Source: Dimorphilus gyrociliatus (taxonomy: Eukaryota; Animalia; Annelida). Taken from it: a DNA stretch of 64,000 nt. A program made the position numbers and the translations under genes. The stretch covers positions 3,984,408-4,048,407 of the forward strand of contig CAJFCJ010000006.1 in NCBI GenBank assembly GCA_904063045.1. The letters run 5' to 3'. The notes beneath the pieces are model-generated. The model was given only the letters and a program-made list of their open reading frames with translations, was not told the origin of the DNA and did not search any database. Below are positions 49,466 through 64,000 of this stretch, in pieces. Within the stretch, counting starts at the first letter, position 1. Each line of letters opens with the position of its first letter.

Positions 49466-52400
49466 ATGCCTGATAAAGAGGAAAACTCAAGCAATATATC
49501 AAATACTTCAATCCTAGTGTGCAATAAAGTTTGTTGTTTAATTATATTTTTTTTATATAATTGTTTGTGTTCGAAAACAGTTTAAGGAAATAGAGAGTTT
49601 GCTGGCAAACTGCTCAAATGAAAATCAAAAAGTTGTCCTAAGTGCCTTATCTAATTTAGTGGAAAAGACTATTGCTTGCTTTACTAATTCATCGTAAGTT
49701 TTTAAAAACTCACAAATTCCAAAACACTATATTACTGCAATTTTTTAGCCGATGTATCAATGGTTATCAGATATCTAGTCATATCGAAAATGGTAAAGAA
49801 TGTTCTGTTTCTAACTTGTCAGATATTGTTACCGTCCAAAGCGATGTTGCTTCGAAAATCGAGAAAGTTAGTTCACAACCTTCAAAACTTTCAAAAAAAA
49901 ATGTACAAGCTCCCAAAAGCATTTCACCAAAATTAACAAGAGTTCCCATCGATAAAGTTGAAACTCCACCGAACAAAATCAGAAAAAGCCAAAGACTAAT
50001 TATGAGTAATAAAAATTTAAATAATTCGTGCGTTGAAAGAATAGATGAAGAATTAGAAGGAAAAGCAAAAGAAGAAATATTCGAAATCCAAACAAGTTAT
50101 AATTGTGTTCTTTGCAATTTGGTATATGAGAGTGTGGAAATGCTTTTGGATCATGTAAAAAGTATACATTTAGTTAAAAGAACAAAAATAAGCAAAAAAA
50201 TAACAAGAACAGAAACTGATGCTCTGGTATGTCGAGAGTGTGATGAATGCTTTTTCAAGACGAAACATATTGGAATCGTACTATTAGATGTATGAATATA
50301 ATTAATTATTTAAATGGCAACTAAAAAAATTACTTGCCTTTTTTTCTCTACAGATAATTAAACATTTATATTTAAAACACCAAAAGGAACTTCCGACATA
50401 TGTCAGAATATTTTATTGTACTGAGTGTTGCAATGAGTTCCTATCTAAAGATGATTTTGTCTATCATAATAAGGTAACAAATAATCTCGAATTGTCTAAG
50501 AATTATTATTATACGTTTATACAACTTAGATGTCTCACAAATCAACTCTTACAAACGTAACTATTGAAAAGAGAGATGGTCATTCGATTTACAAATTTTC
50601 TTCCAATCCGAACTCGATATCTAATAAAAATCACAAGGAAAAAGTCAAATACCTTACAATGGAGTTATACAAAGATGAAGGACCTTTCTTGTGTGCAATA
50701 TGCAAATGTATGGAGAAAGATGATTCTGATGTTGATCATCTGAGTCTATTCGAGCTGTTAGCTGTAAGTATATCATTAAAAATTGTGTAAGATGTAAGTG
50801 AGTCTAAAATAGATATATTTTTTAAGCATATAAAAGAAAACCATCTTATTGTCAACAACCAACGCAAAGCATTGAAGTGCACTCTGTGTGTCAACTCCAG
50901 GCAATTTCGATTTCACAAGGGTAACGCCCTCAAGAGAGGGATGGAGGTTAATTAATAATATTACGTTAGTTTCAGTTAATTTCTCTAAAGCAAGAATAAT
51001 TTGTACTCACAGATAGCTTATCAACAACTTATTCATCATTTTATAAAATCTCATAAGCTAGCGGTACCATCATATTGTTTTTTATTAAAATGTTCCCAGT
51101 GCTCGTATGAGACGGTTTCTCATAAATATTTACAACAGCATGAAAGAACCCAGCATAAATCAGATATGGTATTAATTTGATATTAAATATAACTCCAATT
51201 TATATAATATTAATTATATGTTTATATGAACTGAAGTCTACTTTTTTTTTGCACCAGATGCTGTGTGATTTGTGTGGGCAAAAAATAAGAAAATGCAGTA
51301 TGAAAAGCCATTTGTTGAGTTGTAGTAAAAAAAATGATTCTTCAGATTTATTTGAAGCTTTATCTGAAAGGGCGTTCAAGTGTGACGTATGTGGACTAGT
51401 TGCAGATAGAAAATCAATAATTACCAGGCACATAACAAGAATGCATCAAATGAAAACTGCATTTAAAGTTTGTCTCATTGACCGTCATTTTTCAGATCAA
51501 TAATCAGTTTTTTATGGAATTTTTCTTTTAGTGCGATTATTGCAATTTGACTTTTTTTAACAAGCAAGAAAAAGAAATGCACACGTTTAAAGTACACTCA
51601 GTCGCAATGAAGGATGTTATTAGATGCCCGTTTGTTTTAAATTTAGCATTCTCAATGTATTCTTAGCTTTCTTTCCGATTTTTAGTCACTGCGATTACGA
51701 AACGATCACAAAGTGGATGATGAAGAAGCATCTATTAAAACATGACACAGGAAAATTTTTCTGTTCTATTTGTAAAAGTGAAAGTTCTACCCGTCGTAAG
51801 AATATTATATACTTAGTTCAAGTTATAGTGAATAATTATTAACTTTTTATTTTAAATTGTTACGTTGCAGGGGGTCTAATGGAGCATATGAGAAGATCTC
51901 ATAAAACAGCTTTAAATAAACACTCTTGTCCTGTTTGCCCCTTTGTTACTCAATTGCAGTTTCGTTTGCAAAAGCATATCGAGAAGAAACATCCAGAAAA
52001 ATTGAGACATTGTACTGTCTGTTCTTTTGCAGTAAGAGTTATAACCTGTCGAAGAATATTCCCAGCTAATTCCACTAATTTTTAAAAATTTTCTTTTTAG
52101 ACTGTTTCTGGAGACAATCTCGAAAAGCATTATGCTAAGATTCATAAATTACCTATTAACTCATCTTCTACGCCCATTCAAGATAATATTTCAATTGTTA
52201 GTCCCTCAGAAGTTGCAAGAAAATCAAATACTTATATAATTGAATCACAACTTTCACAAGAGCCTCAAGATACCTACCTTCTACAGAATGGCAATGATAA
52301 GTTGGCTCAAGCAGCAATACAAGCGGGCCTTGTTCCACCGACGTCAAAATATAATGCAAACAATCAGCAAGAAATCATTGTAAATCTGCCTCCTGAACTT

Positions 52401-52520
52401 AGTGATCAGTTATCAACTGGACATGAAGTAATAGTCTTAGCCGATGGAAGTTGTGCAATGTACTTACATACACCGCAAGAGACGATAAATGGGGAGGCAA
52501 CGCAAGAAACTTTTTCATAG
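49466..52520 (+). CDS. Multi-C2H2 zinc-finger protein; start uncertain
   Basis: About a dozen C-x2-C...H-x3/4-H fingers across short-intron exons (e.g. CVLCNLVY...HVKSIH, CDVCGLV...HITRMH, CPVCPFV...HIEKKH). Confidence 0.8.
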
Positions 52521-52993
52521 TTTTTCTTCACTATTTTTTTTCGATATGAGGTTTAGATATGATATAGATACTTTAGACTTGTTCTACTTATACTGTAAAT
52601 ATCAACAATGCAGAATGTTAAGTGTCACCTTTCCATCGAAAATCAATACTCCAACCTGATTACTACTTGTTTTTTTGTCTGAAATACAAACTTAATGAAT
52701 AGATCTATCTATACGGCTTATGCCAGTGATTCAGAGTAAATTTATTCTTGTGTATAATTGACTTAACGAATAATTCTCTAAATGACAAATGATATAAAAG
52801 AACATGATTTGAGAATGAGGATAATGATTTATTAACAAGTTTTTGTTTGAAATATCCCTATGAAGGAAGATCTCTCTTTAGAGGAAAAATATGTTATCAA
52901 TCCTGTTGATTACAATATTTTCTGCAGAATTATGGCACACAGAAAAACTAGAGAAATCAAGAGTGTAAGAAAAAGTGCTTCAAAATTGCTAGT

Positions 52994-55478
52994 TTATAAT
53001 AGTCCTTCTTTTTTTAGTATCATATGAACTGCCTCATATACGTCAACAGCTACCATTTTAGGTTTTCTTAACCTTGGATCAGCTGTATAATCTCTGTGAA
53101 CATATGAGATTTCCCTTTGGGAGTTATAGTCTCTCATGTCATTATAAACACCAGTACATACGAGTACACTATTACATTCATCGACCCACTTGTCATCATC
53201 TTCTATGATGTCTTCTCCCCCAGCAACTCTCTTTTGACCCTGCCTCCTTAGCGCGATTAATTGGTTGTAGAGATTAGCTCCATAAACATCAACATCGGGA
53301 TTATCTCCAATGAAGTATATTCTTCTCAATGATTTATCAATACCTATTTTTTGAGCTTCTTCTTGTAACACGCATTCACTATGATGATAAGTTATTTCAT
53401 TTGGCTTTCCAATCAAAGATGTATATTTCAAGTCCATTCCACTTATCTTCTTGTATAAACTTTCTAAACATAATAAGAATGACCCATGAGCTAGTCTTGG
53501 CATGCAAGCTTCGGCCATCCATTGCAAGTCTGTATTGCAAGCAAGAACAGGTATATGAGGATCTGGTAGTTTTTCTGGTGCCTTATCCGGCCGACCATTT
53601 GTTAATAAAACGTCTATAATTAACTGCAGGTTAGTTTCCCATCTAATAGGTTCTCCAAATAGAACTACAGCTTCTATTGGAGGAAAATACTTTTCAAACG
53701 CACAGGGCTGTAAAGAAAAATATACTTAGAATATGAAAAGAATAACATGTGTGTTCTATGGACCTAAAAAATACCATTTCTTTTATGTATATAATCTTTA
53801 GGGACATTCTTCATATATCATTTATTAATTCAGTCTAGTTAATTGTTTATCAAAGAAATTATCTCTTTCTTTCAAAGTATCTAAAATGAATTATTAGGAT
53901 TAGTTATTATGCGTCGTTTGAGATTAAATAAATATTCTCCTATTATTCGACTAACTAAAAAAATTAGAACTGATTTTCTGCAATCTTATGTAAGATAACA
54001 AAAAAAAAAAGATTATTTTTATATAAGTGGAAAATAGAAAACCCAGGGTTTTACTAGAAATTTCGTTCAAGGTCATAGCAAGTACAAATTGATTGGTTTG
54101 TAAATACACAAATATAGACTATTTGCATAAGATTCGCACTAGAACAACATATTCTCTTCTTATGAGAGTTAAGGAATTTTTCAATGGATAGTTTTTTTTT
54201 CTCTTAGGAAATTATTGTCTTGAAATTGAGTTGTAAACATAAAAATATATAAAAAAAATAACAATGGAGATGTTAAAATTGATTATGCAATTAGAACACC
54301 TATATTGGGTATTTTGATACTAGCTTAAAATGAGTATAGGTCGCCGAAAGAGGGCAGTTGGAGATTCTGAAGGTCACTCATTGTATGTTTTTGTCTTAGT
54401 AGAAAATATTGCTAATCAACTAATGATAATCATTTTAAGTGATTTTATAAATATTATATACTATCAATCTGCATGCAATGAATACTCGAAATGTATTGTG
54501 CGTTATTAGAATCACTTACTGCAGCTCTCCGTCGGGAATGGTCAACCATATCCAAGTTAGGAAAGGCTTGACGTAATGTTTCTATTGTTGTAACTCGTTG
54601 AAATCCTAAATTCCTTGCAATTTCCCTAACAGGCCCTTGTCCAGTAACCAAAACGTGTTTATGAAATAATTGATTAAATAATTTCAAGGGAGAATGCGAC
54701 ATAACCACTTGATTTTCCGTTACCTGTAAAATGTAATAGCTATAGTTTTCAAATAGGGTAAAACTAGAACAATTAGGGTTTACTCAATTTTCAGCAAGTC
54801 ATTATATTATTGCAAAAGTTCTGGATCACTAGAGACGATGGATGTAGGTATTTATTACACCTTACATTAAGGATATTTCTGAGAAGCATATTTTGTAAAA
54901 AAAACAAAATAAGCCTGTCAACAATTGATTCTCTTCCCGCACAAAATCATATTATAAATCAAATATGTTGCATACCTCAGCATTTACCCATTTGGATAGT
55001 TGAGCAGCCTTTGCTTGACGTAGTGCACTTCCGGCGTTTGTAACAAAAACGGTTGGAACCCAAAACCTGTCGATGATTGATAATTAAAATTTTTGTATAA
55101 AATTGTTAGAATAAAACATACTCTCTATTCTCGTCTGTTAATAATCTAAACGCATCTTTTGCTCTTGGTAGAGTTTGTCTTCCCCGAACTATTACTCCAT
55201 CAATATCGAAGAGTATACCAAATTCTGGTCTAACTCCAGGCTAAAAGTACAAAAATATATGCTAAAATACAAATTAAATCGAATTTTAGTCTAGTCAATT
55301 AATTTGTGTTATCGAGAAAATTGCTTGATTTTCTGTTCATTTTTAACATAATTTTATAACCTACCTCATTTACAATTTTCGAAATTTTTCTACGTTGACT
55401 CCCGGTCTGAATTAGGCTACAAGTTTGGCCAAATCGGTTTAAACTGGAGAAGATCCGATTGGCACAGACGACCGCCAT
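52994..55478 (-). CDS. HDHD5: HAD-like hydrolase class IIA (CECR5), mitochondrial-type leader
   Basis: FGILFDIDGV, FVTNAG, VVMSHSPL, EPIRWETNLQLIIDVL, MAEACMPRLAHGSF, GKPNEITY and YFIGDNPDVDVYGANLY. Confidence 0.93.
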
Positions 55479-57188
55479 TGTTGATATAAGATGCGAAACT
55501 ATACAGAGAGTATATAGAAAACGACTGTAGTCCCGCACTTATTTTGCAAATGTTTCCTTTTCCAGTTTGTAAAGCAGTAATGTTCGAAAGTCTACAGACA
55601 ATATCTATAGTAAATTTTTCGAAGGGTATCATTAGGTTTACGTAGGATAAAAGTACCATTAATCAAGTTTTATTCAATTTTCAATATTTTAAAGAATGGT
55701 TGAAATCATAAAAATAAATATGGTTACATGTTCCCCAAAGTTGATTGTTCGAGCAGTCATTAATCTCTCTGACCCACTAACGAACTATTGCATTTATAGG
55801 CTTAAATACTAATACTCATACTGAATTTTAGCATTAACGGACAATTGTAAACAATTAATGGCAGTCACATATAATGTTTTTGTTTTCGTTCTAAATATAA
55901 ATATTTATAACCTGTTTGTAATGTACCATACACATTGACAGCTTATAGATGCTATTTTACAAGCGACTTACTGAATAAATGTAGTAAAAAACATATAGAA
56001 AAGCGAAAATAAAGTTATCTGATAGATTGAATCGATTAAATTTGTATTCATTAAGACATTAAAATGAAAATAAATATGAATCATTTTAAATAAAGATCAC
56101 TATATAGATTATTTTATTTAATCTTGCAAATATTTCAAAAAATCAATATTGATTAACTAGTTAATAATTTTTATATTTATTGTATGCAGGCATTATCATT
56201 TCAGTTAAAAAGAAACAATTCACTTTGTACTATGAGTTCAAAGTTTATAATGTGGTTTTCTTGTTTACATCCGATTAGAAAGGTTATGTATCTTATTTAC
56301 AAAATGATAATGTTTACATTTAAATTTTAGCTATAGTGCAACAAGTCATGGTTCAGAATACTAATTCGTCCTATTTCTATTACTATTATTGAACCCAGGA
56401 TACTGACATGATTTAAGGAAATCAGTCTGACTGCGTGTGTATATCTTTGTCCCAGATCTCTCTTTTTCATTGAAAGTATTACTTCTTTACAGCTGAATAG
56501 TTAAAATACTTGTTCTTAAAGATTGTTTTCTGAGTTTTTATTTTATTTTCTCTCTACTTGCTGTCCAACCAACCTTGTTATAAATTATTGAAAGATCTAG
56601 TTTTATCCACAAATCAATAAGACTTATTAAACGAACCAGGTTATTTTAAAGGTTAAAATGAACAATTGAAGATAAATCTTATACATACATATTAGTATAT
56701 ATTCTATTTTCATTCAAAAGTTGACCTTTAAACATTTTAAGAAAATTTCTAGACTTATTACTTAAAGGCTTTTCAATAATTGGACTTATCTAGATCGTGT
56801 TTTTGAATAAACACCTACTTTTCGATATAAATGGAAGGAGCTAAATATTCTGTATATTTATTTACATATGATTTTTAATAAGTTAATAATTGTTTTTTTT
56901 TTAAACTTGAGATTGTTAACAATATTTGAAATAAAACGAGATATAAGTTATGCAGAAAGTTTTAAAAGGATTTTAACGCGCCAAATTAACAGGACAGCCT
57001 CTTCCTGTGAAAACATACAATTACAGACATATGTGAGAGAATCGAACGATAAATTTAAAATGGTTTCCTGTTCCGGGTACTTTTTTCAACAGGCTGTTAC
57101 AAAACATATTTACTAGCAGATGTAATATCACCACTCTATTATTGTATACGCCTGCAAAAAGTTTTCATCTATTATCGTCCTCAAAATA

Positions 57189-60100
57189 ATGTTCAAACTT
57201 GAATCATACATTACACCTTTACTGTTTAGTTATGTGGATAAATACGTTAAACTAAAGCAGGAGGACTTTAAATTATCATTATGGGGAGGCGATGTTACCT
57301 TGCACAAACTCGATTTGAGGTTAGATGCTGTAGAAAGAGCTATTCAATTGCCAATCACAGTAAAAAGTGGCCACGTTCATGAATTAAGGATACATGTACC
57401 ATGGACAAAGTTAACTTCAGAACCAGTAGTAATTACTATAAACACAATGGAATGTGTTCTCAAAGTAAGAGACACACCACAATCCAGCTCTTCCAGTTCA
57501 AATCCAGAGACCAATAAAAATGTAAATATATTTATGTTGTTCAATTGTTACATTCTCCTTTATCATCTTATACGTAAGTATACGTAAGTGATATTTATTT
57601 CTAAAACTATTGAACAGAAAAGCGTAGAAGAACTACCTCCTGGATATTTGGAAAGTATAGTTAGAAAAGTAATATATAATGCAACTGTTGTTATAAATAA
57701 CTTGATATTGAAATTCGTTGAAGATGACATTATCCTCAGTATTAATGTAAAAAATGTTGAATGCTATAGGTTTGTTAATTTAGACTCTAAAAAGGTTAAA
57801 GTAACGTTTTTACATATTAAATTGCAGTGTTAACAATAACTGGGAGTCGGATATAGTTGATTTAGCTTTGAATAATCTTGTTCTTAAAAGAATATTAAAT
57901 GTTCAAGATTTGACTTTATGTTTAGATAAATGTTCTGCTAGTGGTAAAATAGAAGTATACGAAGATCCTTTATTTTATCGATGCTCTTTATGCGTCCGTA
58001 TTCATATGGTTTATGAATCTTCTAGCGCGCGAGTGCCTTACATTACGAAAGCCAATTTAAATTGTGATAAATTAAATTTTTCTATTTCGAATATTCAGGT
58101 AAGATATTATGAATAACATCAAATATACTTTATTGCACTAAACTCTAATTTTGACTAGGTGCCAATGCTACATAGGTTAATTGAATTAAGTATTGCCATA
58201 TATTACGGAAATCTTAAAAGGCCATCATCAACAGAACCAACAGGTAGGATATATTAGTTATCTATATATAGATTTATAATTGCTTTGAAATAATAATTGA
58301 ACACTATCGATAGAAAATAAAATGGAAAGGATATCATTTAATGATGAAACTTACAAGATTGATCCAGGAGGGCAAGGTGGCCAAGGCTGGGCATCTTGGG
58401 CTTGGTCTTACGTACCTCAAATATTACCAGTCGACGAGGAAGAAAGTAGCATGAGAAAAGGACCAGGAATTTTTGAATTTGCAATGTTTTGTCGTGAAAT
58501 TTGCGTATCTTTTAAAGTTAATATTCTTTTAAATTCTCTTCTAATTAAAACTCTTTTTCTAACATGAATAATATCTTGCGTATAGATAAGAGAGAAAGTT
58601 CAAAGAAAAAAATCTCCCACTCCAAAATTAATAAGCAAAGGAAGTATGGATGTTATTTGGCAATGCATCAGCGCGCATTCTGTCTTACAAGGATTCGAAT
58701 GGATTAATTTCACTTTTGGAATATCGAATACGTTAATTTATTTAGCGAAAGAAAAGGAAAATGATAAGACAAGCGAAACTGAGAGATTACTCTTAAAAAG
58801 TGGATTAGAGATTACTGATGAAAGTCACCATCTTCAAAATTCTTTATTCGATAGTCAAGCTCCCGAAAATAATAAAGAATTACCGTATTTTGTTACTGGT
58901 CGAACAGTATATTTTGAAAAATATACGGAAGGTTATATCCTTGAAAAATTCTCTAGTCTTTGGTTCGATTACGTTTATTATAATGAAAAATTGGTTGAAA
59001 ACGAAGAAGGTAGTTCCGTTGATAAACCGGAAACGGATTTAAATAAAGAAAATTCCAATCTTCGATTCCTCACTGGTCCTTTTAATTTATATGTTTCATC
59101 GAAAACCGTTCAAGCCATGAAAACTTTCTTTGATTGTTTAACCGATCCCTCTTATGAACCGTACTCAAAAGTATTTACCGGTAATTATTTTACGCTTAAT
59201 AAATAAATCTCTAATTAGCGGTAAATTAATTGCAATTCCAAATTTTAGATACGATAAATAGCAACCCAACTTCAACTCCAACTCAACAAGATATCCATTA
59301 TCTACAATCATACATTCCAGTTAGAACTTATGATTTTATCTTTTATCAACCGTCCGTTATAATATATCCGAATGACCGACCGAAAAAGGTGCAAATTAGA
59401 TCAAGAGATCAATCAACAAAGATTTCTTGGCTAATGAGCTGCGAAAAACTGCAAATAACTACTGTAATAGCAATGTACGCTAAAGACGTTGTCAATATTG
59501 CTTATCGTTTACCAGCAATTTCGGAAGAAGTACTACGACATTGCCATTCTCATACACATATATATGTTTGTATAAAATTAACCATAGAGAAACTTTTATA
59601 TTAAATAATGTTATTTTAGCTGTATTCTGCCATTTTAAATTTGGAGGATGAATGTTCAAAATGTTCAATTATCCATCCAGTTAGTGTGGTTTTATATAAA
59701 AGAAATTTATTATATCCCGAAGCATGGTATGTATTGATGTTAATGAAGTTTTCTTAGAATACTAATTAGAGTATAAATAATCAATAAATTTTGTTTATGT
59801 TATAGGAAAAATCCTGTACAAGCTCAAAAGGAGATAGTGTTTGAAATGAGTCAATTCCAAGCTCATATAAGTAAAGCTCAATTATATTTGGCATATTTTA
59901 CATTTATTACATGGTGGAATCGTATTTTACCTGAAAATGATTTAATACCTTTATCAACTTTACGTTTGGATTGTATTAAAAGTATTTATTCTATTAATTG
60001 ATTTAATCAGCGCAAAGAAATAAGTATTAATTTTCAGACGATCATCTTCAAACGAAATTAGAAATTACTCTCGCTGGCCTAGAATTTAGGGATTGCTGTT

Positions 60101-63100
60101 GCATAAATTCCAGATCATTTAATGGCAGTTTAGAATCTATTTTATTAAGAATTAAATGCAAAAAATTTCAAGACTTTACAGAAATTTTTAGAGCTCCTTT
60201 AAAAACTGATAATTTAATATCAGAAAAAGGATTACTTGAATCTCAAACTTTTACCAATAGAAATTGTACTGATTTCTTAAAATTTACAGCTCAATTTCCA
60301 GATTTAACTAATGATACAATAGGTATTTTATTAATAATATTCAATAGATTAATTATATAGTATTTTGCATTCTCTCCCAGTTCCAAGTGTAATGTTCGTG
60401 AATATTGAGGGAACCGTTGTTTGTCTAGATTCGTTATTAAATGAATGGCTAGCTTACAGTCCAACCTATGAGGTGGTTGAGACTATTCCAGTTATTGAAA
60501 AGAAAGATGAAAATTTATCACAAGTTTCAGCTTCATGTAAACAAAATTGTTCTTTTAATTATTATAGGCTTAATAGATTTATTTTATTGAATTTTTTTCT
60601 TCTTTTTACCTAAATAGCAACTCGAGAAAGTCAAACTTATTCTCGATCCGTTTCGATTAAACGTCCAGATTCACCAGAGAAAGAGGAATATATCAGTGAT
60701 TGGAATTTTCATCATTTGGTTTTACGCTATTTCAATATAATAAAAAGGATACACTTACAAGTCAATATAAAAAATTGGCTTATTGTAATTACTGAAAAGT
60801 CTATAATGTCGGATATAGATCGTTTAAAAAATACAACCGATGCTCTTGTTGTAGCTACTCCTTCTATAGAAATTTATAGTCAAGATCATAAAGAATGTGA
60901 CGCTATTCAAGACTTACCAATAAAAGGTGCTCAATATTCATTGACATCGGAGAAACTACCCTGGAAAGTGAAAGTTTCGAATGCCAGTGCATATTCAATT
61001 CACAAAGGAAAAGGATCGACAATGGTCGAACCAACTTGCCTGACTGGTTCAGTTGCTGTATCTGCTCGGTTTGTTTATTTTGAAATTTTTCCCGTAAATT
61101 TTATAATTGAATTTCCTTTAAAAAATTAATAATTAGGTATAAAACTGCTTTATCTGATGATGTAAGTTCATTGGGTTTTTGCCTTCATATTGATGCAACA
61201 CCAGTTATTTTACGTTTGGAACACGATCAAATTCAAATGTTTTACGATTCATTCGTAAGAATTTTGTCTGGCTTATTGAACGGTTGGAAAACGACAAAAA
61301 TATTCATACAAAAATGTCTGAAAAAAGAGAGAGAGGAGTCTTTCACCGAAACAACTATCAATCCTAAAATTCAAACAGATATTAAAAAAGAAAGTAGTAT
61401 CAATTACGAAAGTACTTTTGTTAGTTTTACCGAAACTTCCGAAGCTAGTAGCATTCAACATTTAGATTCGTCGAATTCAAAAAGAGATGACGATGCAAAA
61501 ATTTCATTATGGTTACAAGCAACAGCACCCAAGTTTATTGTCAAATTATTATCGAAAGATGGTTGTATTGTTACGGAACTGGAAGATTTAACTTCTTCAT
61601 TCGATTTGCAAAAAGTCTTTTCAAAGATAAATATTAAATTAGGAAAAGCGTCAATAAGACATTTTTATAAGGATGGTAATAAATGGTTGTTACATAAACG
61701 AGGTGGAATGATTCTAATGAGTTATGATGGATTAAAAGTAAAAAAGTGCGCTCAGAGCGGATTTCTTGTTGTTACAATTACTAGAGCTTTAAAAAGGGAC
61801 TTGAAGAAGAAGCTGAAACAGGTATAAATTGAATATTTACTTTAAAAAAAATTTAATTTAAACCTTATTCGTATCTTTTAGAATTCCGATTGTAAGGATG
61901 ATAGTCGAAGAATTTATATCACTGAAATATGTGTCACTTTACAACCATGCGATTTGGTTCTGGCAACACGTCTTCTTCATACTCTTGTTCATACATTTAA
62001 TGTTGATACATCAACGTATTCACTTTTAAGTTTAGGAGAATATTTTAAAGGAACTGCTGATAAAACCGAGCCAGAAACTTTAATACCTATGATCAACTCA
62101 TCTAATCTTCCCCTAGTTTATATTGAAACATCAAATACTAGAATTTTCTTATTACCTAGCGATAAATCTATAAGAGATGATAAATCAGATTCTGGATTTT
62201 GTGAGTCATCTACACCTATAGAATTAGATGCCTCTGTCATTGAAATAAGTAGTATTAAAGTTACCCCAAGAGCAACAAATCCCCTATCAAGAATAGTCGT
62301 AAACGAAGAACTCTATAAGAGAGCTGTTAGAGCTTCAATAACTTTATATCCTGGAAGTGATATTGAGGATAGACAATATCAATTGGACTTTTCCGGCGTT
62401 TCATTAATGTGCGGCCGTTGGGAAGAATTAATGAAATCGGAAAAGATTGATGATGATTCAACTATACAAAATCCAGCTTTTGAATGGAATAATTTATTTT
62501 CATATAATAGGTTCATTATTTTAATTTGTTTGAGTAATTTCTATAGAAATAGTATTAATTATTTTATCAAATATTTCAGTTCAGACAATCCTAACTCCCT
62601 TCAATCGATTGTCAATCAGATGGATATTAGACTTGTACTTGCTCCGTCAATTGTTTATTATCCTCCTGAAGGAGCTGCTCAACTGGTATGTGGTCATTCA
62701 ATGGAAGGCTGCGCTCTTTCGGATGTTAACGTTAATTTGAATATTACTGAAATTAAACTGCTTTATTATATAGTATTTTCTAATTTACATTTTGTAAGTC
62801 TACTACCATTTTTCTCCGATTTTTTTACGGAGAAACTTAAAGAAGAAAAATCTGTAGAGAAGATAGCTATTGCCAAAGAAGCGAATAATTATTCTATACC
62901 AATTGGAGCGTTAATTACTGCTAATAGGATCAATTTGACAATATCTGATACACATTCTAAAATACTAACAAGTTTTATTCAACCTCACACACTTTTACTT
63001 AGCGGAAATGGCGAAGAAAAAGTTGAAATAAGTTGCTTTGACGCGTCACTTATAGTTCAACATTTTGGTTTGTATTATACATTTAATATGATGAAATAGT

Positions 63101-64000
63101 ATATATATATATATACAGTAATATATATATATTCAAATATTCAATAGACAATGAAAAAACAGTTGATTATGCACTGTTGGAGACGAAAACGGGCCGGCTA
63201 AATCCAAAAACTGGTATACCTCCAGCCTTATGTACATTGGTCTTTTTTAACTTTCTCTCTCCAACGGATTGTAAGTAGTTTTTGTATTTTTTGTTCTAAA
63301 TTGTTACAAGTTTATTAAACTAATTTCATTTCTAGCCCGATTTGAATTAAGAATAGAAAGACCAGTAAGATTTTCTCTATGCGATAAGAGATTAACCTGT
63401 CTATTAGAAACAATTGAAAAACTAAGACCAGTTTTTGAAGTAAACTTTAAACCAACAAAAGCGGAGAAAACGTCAAAAACTGTTAAAACTAAAGATTCTA
63501 GCTTAAAGATATTAGCTAAAGAATTTGAATTGAAAGCTACTGAATTAAATATAGCACTTTACGGAAGTGACTCAAATGATAATAAGATTGTTTTGACGAT
63601 ATTTGAACATTTTGGTCATTTTCATTTCGATATTAAAAGTCGAAAGAGTAATATTCAATACGATATTCTGGATATGAATATTAAATGTTTTAAGAATAGG
63701 AAAGAACAGCTCCTATTACTTCCCACATCAATTAGGATGGAATGTTCCATGTTTGAAACGGATATAGATATTGGTTTTCATATAGATGATATACTTATCA
63801 AGATGAGTGAAAATCAATATGAATGTTTATTAAATGTCTATACTCATTGGACAATGCAAATAAATGAATTTTTGAGTAAATTGTCCAACAATCCAACTGA
63901 AGATTTAGAAAATAAGGCAAATGTTAAGTACGATAGGTGCATATTCGCTTTTCAAACATCTTACGACGATCTGAGAAATGGTGAAATGGAATATTCGAAA
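57189..64000 (+). CDS. VPS13B: Vacuolar protein sorting 13B (5' part; runs off the window end)
   Basis: MFKLESYITPLLFSYVDKY...SLWGGDV...ELRIHVPWTKLTSEPVVITINTMECVLK chorein-N; QGWASWAWS; IEDRQYQ; NPKTGIPP. Confidence 0.95.

Noticed and set aside
54860-54880. ATATCCTT resembling a U12 intron donor, or a poison micro-exon, in HDHD5
   Set aside because: The flanking exons join through an ordinary GT-AG intron, and the donor for a micro-exon is weak.
55479-57188. 1.7-kb gap between HDHD5 and VPS13B, with short ORFs, a weak hairpin (about 56350-56395) and a C/D-box-like stretch
   Set aside because: No coherent spliced ORF, imperfect boxes and no tRNA or snoRNA structure that I can support.
2399-61461. 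Numerous 60-115-aa ORF-track entries overlapping real genes on the opposite strand or in another frame
   Set aside because: Shadow ORFs, often started at TTG/GTG/CTG or running through introns, with no domain signal.

Overview
AT-rich (about 30% GC) eukaryotic DNA from a very compact bilaterian genome. Most introns are about 50-65 bp and many intergenic gaps are 150-400 bp. This style fits a miniaturised spiralian genome such as the annelid Dimorphilus gyrociliatus, but the species is an inference. By manual splicing I reconstruct 22 protein-coding genes: a vasopressin/GnRH-superfamily GPCR, a small NDUFV3-like gene absent from the ORF track, RABEP1, IFT122, a roughly 1,900-aa F-type-lectin/PAN/EGF membrane protein, a CRC (tesmin/TSO1/LIN54-type) gene, EPS15, a GST with a hydrophobic leader, B3GLCT, POLD3, a Rel/NF-kB factor, a TEX55-like protein, RABIF, a MARVEL protein, SLAIN, a catalytically dead neprilysin-like protein, GM2A, NSMCE2, YTHDC1, a C2H2 zinc-finger gene, HDHD5 and the 5' part of VPS13B. 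I saw no tRNA, rRNA, transposon or CRISPR. The most notable items are: (1) the eight-lectin-domain, essentially tail-less surface protein; (2) the GC-rich CRC gene with non-animal-looking motifs and a cluster of CHR-type sites around exon 1; (3) the secretory-type GST; (4) the hidden NDUFV3 gene; (5) the pseudo-neprilysin; (6) a divergent minimal Rel; and (7) a shared promoter motif. Family assignments come from remembered motifs, not database searches. Hand-derived boundaries may be off by a few bases.
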